Source of the DNA: Desulfosudaceae bacterium
GTDB taxonomy: Bacteria; Desulfobacterota; Desulfobacteria; Desulfobacterales; Desulfosudaceae
Assembly (NCBI GenBank): GCA_963674745.2
Contig: CAXXDV010000001.1
Span: forward strand, 1,856,001 to 1,920,000
DNA length: 64,000 nt
Direction of reading: 5' to 3'
Shown: piece after piece, positions 57,964 to 64,000 of the stretch
Layout of the letters: each line of letters starts with the position of its first letter
Numbering within the stretch: position 1 is the stretch's first letter
Position numbers and translations under genes: made by a program
Notes under the pieces: generated by a model
Told to the model about the DNA's origin: nothing
The model's database searches: none
Seen by the model: only the letters and a program-made list of their open reading frames with translations

Positions 57964-60129
57964 ATGAAAAAAACCCCTAACTTTTTAACAGTTCTTCGTT
58001 ATGCGAGCCTTTTGGCAATGGTCACGCTCGGACTGTTGGCGATCATCGCTTCCGGCGGTGGCGGCGGTGGCGGCAGCAGCAGTGAAAATAACAACAACAA
58101 TGGTAACGGCGATACCACGTCGACCCTGGCCGGTGATATCACCACCGACAAGACGCTGACAGCCGACACGGTATGGTATCTTGACGGCCTGGTGGCTGTC
58201 AAAAACGGCGCTGTCCTGACCATTCAAGCCGGCACAACGATTGTTGGTAAAAGCGGTACCGGCGCCAACACCAGTTACCTTGTCATCGACAAGGGATCGC
58301 AGATCATCGCAAACGGTACAGCCGCCAAACCCATTATTTTTACCTCGGAAACCGCTTATAACGGCGGCGCCGAAGCTCCCGGCCAGTGGGGCGGCCTGAC
58401 AATCATCGGCAATGCGGCTGATGTGGGCGTTGTCGCCGGCAACGAACAGGTTGGTCCTTACGAGTGCAATGCTGAATTTGTGCCCGGCAGTACCGACGCC
58501 AACGACAACTCCGGTACGCTGCGTTATGTGCAGATACTGAACTCCGGTATCACCATGGAACAGGACAAGGAAATCAACGGCCTTTCAATGGTCGGCGTTG
58601 GCCGCGGCACCACGGTTGAAAACGTAAGTGTCATCCGCAGCGATGACGACTGTATCGAACTCTGGGGCGGGACGGTGGACCTGACCGATTGTTATGTCGA
58701 GTACTGTACGGACGACCAGTTTGACATTGATGACGGGTACTCCGGAACGGTCACCAACCTGACCATCAATCAACACACCGACGGCAATGCCGGAATTGAA
58801 ATGTCCGGCTCAACTGCAGCCACTTTTATCGGTTTAACCCTCACACAGAACTACTCTGATAAAGAAGGTGCCATTTTCTTTAAGAAGGACGGTATCGGCG
58901 GTAACTTCATCGATTGTCAGATCACCGACAATGTTGACGACGGCCTGACGATCTTCTCACAGGGCGATGCGGACGAGGACAATATCTCCTTTACCAATGT
59001 GGCCATTACCAGCCCGGACACCATGACCAACTTCACCGATGACCCGGATGACGGCGGCAGCTCCGCGGATATTGAAGCCATTTTTGATGCCGGTGTCGGC
59101 AATACCGAAACCAGCAACCGCGCCATGCAGACCCTGGCCGGCGATATCACCACCGACATGACACTGACGTCCGACACGGTCTGGATGCTGGACGGCCTGG
59201 TGGCCGTGAAAAACGGTGCCGTGCTGACCATTCAACCCGGAACGACGATCATCGGCAAAAGCGGCACCGGCGCCAACACCAGTTACCTGGTTGTTGACAA
59301 GGATGCCCAGATTATGGCCAATGGTACCGCCGCCAAACCCATCATCTTCACCTCCGAGATCGCTTACAACGGCGGCGCCGCAGCACCCGGCCAGTGGGGT
59401 GGATTGACGATTATCGGCAACGCGGCTGATGTGGGTGTTGCCCCGGGCAACGAGCAGGTCGGTCCCTACGAATGTAATGCCGAGTTTGTGCCCGGCAATA
59501 CCGATGCCAACGACAATTCGGGTACGCTTCGTTATGTTCAGATTCTGAATTCCGGTATCACCATGGAGCAGGACAAGGAGATCAACGGCCTGTCCATGGT
59601 CGGTGTCGGCAGGGGCACAACAGTCGATCACGTTTCCGTCATCCGCAGCGATGACGACTGTATTGAACTCTGGGGCGGGACGGTGGACCTGACCGATTGT
59701 TATGTCGAGTACTGTACGGACGACCAGTTTGACATTGACGACGGGTACTCCGGAACGGTCACCAACCTGACCATCAACCAGCATACCGACGGTAATGCCG
59801 GTATCGAGATGTCCGGTACCACTGCGGCGACTTTCAACGGGTTAACGCTCACCCAGAATTATTCCGATAAGGAAGGGGCCATCTTCTTCAAGAAGGACGG
59901 TATCGGCGGTAACTTCAACAATTGTCAGATCATCGATAATGTCGATGACGGCCAGACAATTTTCTCCCAGGGCGATGCCGATGAGGCCAACATTTCCTTT
60001 ACCAATGTGGCCATCACCAGCCCGGACACGGATACGAACTTTGTCGATGACCCGGATGACGGCGGCAGCGCGGCAGATATCGAGGCTGCATTTGACGCCG
60101 GCGCCGGCAACACTGAAACTGAAAACTAA
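57964..60129 (+). CDS. Secreted, highly acidic, probable beta-helix protein made of two near-identical ~336-aa halves
   Basis: Signal peptide, Gly/Asn linker, and twice PIIFTS, PGQWGGL, DNSGTLRYV, EINGL, DDCIELWGG, DDQFDID. Confidence 0.85.
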   Translation: MKKTPNFLTVLRYASLLAMVTLGLLAIIASGGGGGGGSSSENNNNNGNGDTTSTLAGDITTDKTLTADTVWYLDGLVAVKNGAVLTIQAGTTIVGKSGTGANTSYLVIDKGSQIIANGTAAKPIIFTSETAYNGGAEAPGQWGGLTIIGNAADVGVVAGNEQVGPYECNAEFVPGSTDANDNSGTLRYVQILNSGITMEQDKEINGLSMVGVGRGTTVENVSVIRSDDDCIELWGGTVDLTDCYVEYCTDDQFDIDDGYSGTVTNLTINQHTDGNAGIEMSGSTAATFIGLTLTQNYSDKEGAIFFKKDGIGGNFIDCQITDNVDDGLTIFSQGDADEDNISFTNVAITSPDTMTNFTDDPDDGGSSADIEAIFDAGVGNTETSNRAMQTLAGDITTDMTLTSDTVWMLDGLVAVKNGAVLTIQPGTTIIGKSGTGANTSYLVVDKDAQIMANGTAAKPIIFTSEIAYNGGAAAPGQWGGLTIIGNAADVGVAPGNEQVGPYECNAEFVPGNTDANDNSGTLRYVQILNSGITMEQDKEINGLSMVGVGRGTTVDHVSVIRSDDDCIELWGGTVDLTDCYVEYCTDDQFDIDDGYSGTVTNLTINQHTDGNAGIEMSGTTAATFNGLTLTQNYSDKEGAIFFKKDGIGGNFNNCQIIDNVDDGQTIFSQGDADEANISFTNVAITSPDTDTNFVDDPDDGGSAADIEAAFDAGAGNTETEN
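58123..60120 (+). repeat. Intragenic direct repeat with a 1008-bp period
   Basis: Units start accctggccgg at 58123 and 59131; long near-identical stretches. Confidence 0.92.
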
Positions 60130-60175
60130 CCCGGTAATTACGGGTTCCATTAACACAGGCGAATCCAGAAGCGTT

Positions 60176-60211
60176 ATCAGCTGCCGGTGGCAGCAGCTAC
60201 CGGCAGCTGAT
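60176..60211 (+). repeat. 16-bp hairpin after the duplicated secreted protein gene
   Basis: atcagctgccggtggc-agca-gctaccggcagctgat. Confidence 0.75.
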
Positions 60212-60266
60212 CACCTTCTTACCAAGCATGTCTGACTTACAACAGCAGACTCATGAGGTGTACATT

Positions 60267-61037
60267 TTGAAAAAGCAAATAAGAACATTTATTGTGCTGA
60301 CCTTATCGTTGCTTCTATTTTCACCAATCGCTACCAGGGCAGATGATAAGGAAATGGTCGCGTCTATTATGAATTTAAGGGCCGATGTGGAAGCGCTTTA
60401 CACCAAGATAGACGAGAATAAGGAAAACTACAAAGCACAGATGAAGTCGCTGGCGTTGCAGGTTGCGGACAGCGAGGCGCAGATTAACAGGGTAGAGACC
60501 GCCATTAAGCTGGCGGACCTGGATCTCCAGAAAATCCAGATCAAAATTGCAAATACATCAACAGAGAACGTTGAATTAAGGCCGCTGTTAAAAAAAGCGT
60601 TCTACATGTTGGAAGAAAATATCCGGGAAGGAATCCCCTTTAAAATAAATGAAAGATTGTCCGCTCTTGACAAAATCAAAAAAGACTTGGCGCAAAACCT
60701 GATTACAGAAGAAAAAGCGTTGGCCTTACTCTGGGCGGGCTATGAAGATAATACCAGGCTGACCAGTGAAATCGGTCTGTTCAAACAGAAAATCGTACTC
60801 GGTGGTCAGGATGTGCTGGCCACCGTTGCAAAAATAGGATCTGTCATGCTCTATTTTTCGACTCCGGACAACAGGGTCGGATATGTGCTCAAGAATAAAA
60901 ACATTTACATCTATAAGACCATAGATGACAGGGATGAAAAGAAATTGATATTGACGCTTTTTGAAGCGCTGAAAAAACAGATTAGAACGGGATATTTTAC
61001 ACTTCCCAACGCACTCTTAACAGGGGGTAGCCGATGA
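60267..61037 (+). CDS. DUF3450-type periplasmic coiled-coil protein (TtpB-like)
   Basis: Signal peptide, GIPFKINERL and AKIGSVMLYF motifs. TTG 60267 follows GAGGTG. Confidence 0.8.
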   Translation: MKKQIRTFIVLTLSLLLFSPIATRADDKEMVASIMNLRADVEALYTKIDENKENYKAQMKSLALQVADSEAQINRVETAIKLADLDLQKIQIKIANTSTENVELRPLLKKAFYMLEENIREGIPFKINERLSALDKIKKDLAQNLITEEKALALLWAGYEDNTRLTSEIGLFKQKIVLGGQDVLATVAKIGSVMLYFSTPDNRVGYVLKNKNIYIYKTIDDRDEKKLILTLFEALKKQIRTGYFTLPNALLTGGSR

Positions 61038-62368
61038 GAACAATAACCATTTTACTCCTGTCATTGACGATATTATTTTCCGGGCTGTCGGCAGTTTTTG
61101 CTGATGAGCTCTCTGACGCCTATATGAAGGAATACACCTTTTTAAAAGCGCAGAAAGATGAGCTTGCCAAAAGGCTGGAAAAAGAACAGGAACAGCAGAA
61201 CCTGGAGATTTCCAATGCCAAGAACAAGGTCACCCGTCTTCAGAACGAACAGGTGATGCTGTCAAAAACGCTCAAGGAAATGGAAAACAAAATAGAAAAA
61301 GCCCAGGAAACACTTCAGGACAAAACCAGCAATAAAGACATCATCAACAGTGTCATTACCCAGGCAAAAATTGGACTCGAAGATCACGGAATCAAACTGG
61401 ACGATACGGCAGTTTCAAAACTCGACGTGATGATGGAGGCCTTTATCAGTTCGACAAACCTCTATCACAAATTATCCTCGATGATTGTCGAAAAGGGTAA
61501 GTTCTACCTTATGGACGGAACGATCGCGGAAGGTGAAATTGTCAGAATCGGCAATATCGCCGCTTACGGTGTTTCCGCCAAATCCAGCGGCGCACTGCTG
61601 CCCGCCGGTAACGGAGAATACAAGATCTGGAACAAATCCGGCAGCGAGGATGATGCCCGGGCACTTTATGAAGGTAAAAAACCCGAGACACTGGACATTT
61701 TTGTGTATGAAAACCTCGATAAAGACATCGAGTACCAGAAGGAAAAAGCGCTAAAAGACGTCATTAAAAGCGGCGGCATTATCGGCGTTGTCATCATCAG
61801 CCTGGGGATTCTTGGGCTGTTACTGCTTCTGGCCAGGGTCTTTTTTCTGCTGAAGGCCGGCAGTAATGTGAAAAATATTACCGCACTCGTTTATGAAAAA
61901 ATTGAAAGCAGCGGTAAGGCCACAGAGGCGTACAAGGCGATTGAGGATTTTAAAGGCTCCACGGCCCGGGTGATCAGGGCGACCCTGAGAAACATTACCG
62001 GCGACAGAGAACATATCGAAGACATTATCACGGAAAATATCCTGAACGAAAACAGGGCGCTTGACCGTTTCGGCAGCTTTACCCTGGTGATCGCCGCCGT
62101 TGCCCCGCTGCTCGGTCTTCTGGGCACGGTTACGGGTATGATTCATACCTTTGATATAATAACCGTATTCGGTACCGGAGATCCCAAACTGTTAAGCAGC
62201 GGCATATCCGAAGCGCTGGTCACCACCATGCTGGGGCTGATTGTCGCCATTCCGTTGCTGCTGCTCGGCAACCTGTCCAACGGCTGGGCCGACAATATAA
62301 AAGACTCTATGGAACAGAGCGCCCTGCATGTCGTTAACCTGTTTGAAAAGAATACCGTGATAAAATGA
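61034..62368 (+). CDS. Large ExbB-like protein (TtpC-like)
   Basis: Coiled coil plus APLLGLLGTVTGMI..GISEALVTT. Confidence 0.88.
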   Translation: MRTITILLLSLTILFSGLSAVFADELSDAYMKEYTFLKAQKDELAKRLEKEQEQQNLEISNAKNKVTRLQNEQVMLSKTLKEMENKIEKAQETLQDKTSNKDIINSVITQAKIGLEDHGIKLDDTAVSKLDVMMEAFISSTNLYHKLSSMIVEKGKFYLMDGTIAEGEIVRIGNIAAYGVSAKSSGALLPAGNGEYKIWNKSGSEDDARALYEGKKPETLDIFVYENLDKDIEYQKEKALKDVIKSGGIIGVVIISLGILGLLLLLARVFFLLKAGSNVKNITALVYEKIESSGKATEAYKAIEDFKGSTARVIRATLRNITGDREHIEDIITENILNENRALDRFGSFTLVIAAVAPLLGLLGTVTGMIHTFDIITVFGTGDPKLLSSGISEALVTTMLGLIVAIPLLLLGNLSNGWADNIKDSMEQSALHVVNLFEKNTVIK

Positions 62369-62991
62369 TTGAAAGCATAATGACATACCCGGAAACATTC
62401 GTTTCCATAATGAATGAAGGCGGCCTGGCCATGTGGGTCCTGTTTTGCTTAAACCTGATGCTGTGGTATGGCCTGGGGTACAGGCGGCTCATTATGAGAC
62501 GCAGGACAATGTTCAATGTTCGTGTTCTGGTTAGAGAACATGTCAAAGAAAAGGGGCATCACGAATGCCAGAGTATTCTGGATCATGCCATCGCGGACGC
62601 ACTCAAGGCTGCTTCCGAAGCCAGAGCCGTCGGTAAAAACCCCAGAAAATTTATCCACGACGCCCTGTGGCCCCATCTCCGGGAGATCAGAAAATATGCT
62701 GTCCTGGTCAAGACGATTGTGGTTCTTGCACCGCTTATCGGTTTACTGGGGACGGTAATCGGCATGATAGAGACGTTTGACGCCCTTCAAACCAGTGCCA
62801 TGTTTTCCCAGGGAGACAGTATTTCCGGGGGTATTTCCAAGGCTCTATTTACCACGGAGCTTGGTCTGATTGTCGCCGTTCCCGGTCTGATTGTCGGCCG
62901 GATCCTGGACCGTCAGGAAAACAGCTTCGCCCTGGAGTTTGAACAAATTAAGGACATTATCAGCACAAAGGAAACAACAAGTGAAATTTAG
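62365..62991 (+). CDS. exbB: MotA/TolQ/ExbB proton channel protein
   Basis: APLIGLLGTVIGMIETF and GISKALFTT motifs. Confidence 0.9.
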   Translation: MIESIMTYPETFVSIMNEGGLAMWVLFCLNLMLWYGLGYRRLIMRRRTMFNVRVLVREHVKEKGHHECQSILDHAIADALKAASEARAVGKNPRKFIHDALWPHLREIRKYAVLVKTIVVLAPLIGLLGTVIGMIETFDALQTSAMFSQGDSISGGISKALFTTELGLIVAVPGLIVGRILDRQENSFALEFEQIKDIISTKETTSEI

Positions 62992-63388
62992 ACGAAAAGA
63001 ACAATCCGTCAACAACATCGATGTGTCCCCTTTGATTGACATGGTGTTTATCCTTTTAATTTTTTTTATGGTGACGACCACGTTTGTCAAAGACATGAAA
63101 CTGGACCTGAACCGTCCCAGCGCGGCGGCCGCTTCAATTATCGATGAAAAGGTGGTCCGGGTGTATATCGATAGCAATCAGGATGCCTTTATCGATAATC
63201 AGCCGATTCAGATATGGGCGATTCAGAGCAAGCTCAGAGACCTGCTGAGAAGTTCCACAAACAAAGCTGTTCTGGTTGTGACCGACACCAATATACCGGT
63301 CGAGGCGCTCATTGATGTTGTGGATGAGTGCTATTTAAGCGGTGCCAGGGATGTGGCGGTATCCACGACCAAGGAACTGGGAGGGTAG
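62981..63388 (+). CDS. exbD: Biopolymer transporter ExbD
   Basis: IDVSPLIDMVFILLIFFMVTTTF motif. GTG 62981 follows AAGGA. Confidence 0.9.
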   Translation: MKFRRKEQSVNNIDVSPLIDMVFILLIFFMVTTTFVKDMKLDLNRPSAAAASIIDEKVVRVYIDSNQDAFIDNQPIQIWAIQSKLRDLLRSSTNKAVLVVTDTNIPVEALIDVVDECYLSGARDVAVSTTKELGG

Positions 63389-63393
63389 AACAT

Positions 63394-64000
63394 ATGTCAA
63401 CCAATCGTAAAGGTTCTACACCTCATCATATGGGCGCTTTTTTCTCCATGTTGCTCGGAGGGCTGTTAATGATTCTGCTGGTCGTGTCTTTCAGCAAGAC
63501 GGTCGATCGAAAAGAAGACGTTCTCAAAAAACAGACGCGGATCGTCAAGATGAAAGAAACCAAGAAAAAGGTGACTAAAAAAGAAGCACCAAAGGCCGCG
63601 CCCAAAAAAGTGACAAGAAAAACACCCAAGGCACAGCCGCCCGACCTGACGTCCATCATCGGCGGGATCGCCATGAATATTCCCGAACTCGCTGTGGCGG
63701 ACATTGCCGGTGATGCCAGCGAACTGCTTGACGATATCGCCGAAGATACCATCATGACCGAGGATACGGTCGACAGTAAACCGCAGGTCACGTACCGGGC
63801 TCCGATTGAGTATCCTGAAGAAGCGATAAATAACGGTGTCCAGGGATACGTTGTGGTGCATCTGCTGATCACCAAAGACGGCGGTATTCAGATCGCCAAG
63901 GTGCTTGATTCCGAGCCACAGGGCGTGTTTGACCAGACGGTATTAAACGCGATTCACGACTGGCGGTTTACACCGGCCAGATACAAGGGTGAGCCCGTGC
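63394..64000 (+). CDS. tonB: Energy transducer TonB (partial, runs off the window; not in the ORF track)
   Basis: My translation: MSTNRKG, a TM, a Lys/Pro-rich linker, then PIEYPEEA..GYVVVHLLI..WRFTPARYKGEPV. Confidence 0.88.
   Translation, partial: MSTNRKGSTPHHMGAFFSMLLGGLLMILLVVSFSKTVDRKEDVLKKQTRIVKMKETKKKVTKKEAPKAAPKKVTRKTPKAQPPDLTSIIGGIAMNIPELAVADIAGDASELLDDIAEDTIMTEDTVDSKPQVTYRAPIEYPEEAINNGVQGYVVVHLLITKDGGIQIAKVLDSEPQGVFDQTVLNAIHDWRFTPARYKGEPV

Noticed and set aside
58957..59784. 275-aa minus-strand ORF
   Set aside because: Antisense shadow of the repeat protein, caused by codon bias.
63426..63875. Minus-strand ORFs at the window end
   Set aside because: Antisense to the partial tonB gene starting at 63394.
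1..64000. rRNA, tRNA, transposase, integrase or phage genes
   Set aside because: None recognised by eye; small RNAs cannot be excluded without covariance searches.

Overview
This 64-kb window looks like a large phosphorus-acquisition (Pho-regulon-like) island from a Gram-negative bacterium; gene content and style suggest Desulfobacterales, but that is inference. In order it carries: pstSCA; a PiT transporter with a PhoU-like tail; the functionally uncharacterised GAK operon (PHP-like protein, amphi-Trp proteins, PhoU-kinase fusion, ATP-grasp ligase, HprK-related kinase, CofD-like protein); a Cache-domain chemoreceptor; and a three-gene operon encoding a glutamate-cysteine-ligase-fold protein, a phosphatidylserine-decarboxylase-like enzyme and a divergent Lgt-like protein. 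Next come a phytate-use locus (TonB-dependent receptor, beta-propeller phytase, dedicated TonB/ExbBD set), two alkaline phosphatases, a purple-acid-type phosphatase, a hybrid histidine kinase and a second amphi-Trp/XXXCH cluster. An AT-rich patch holds a pseudogene and an attC-like cassette. The window ends with a PHP-GT4 / radical SAM / sulfotransferase / deacetylase / PHP-GT4 operon and a tandem-duplicated acidic secreted protein heading a second TonB system. About a dozen promoters share an 11-bp-periodic hexamer resembling a Pho box. The best candidates for undescribed systems are two putative phosphorus-free lipid pathways (15.4-19.9 kb and 48.9-57.1 kb) and a phosphate/polyphosphate role for the GAK/amphi-Trp system. 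All calls come from reading motifs by eye; no searches were run.
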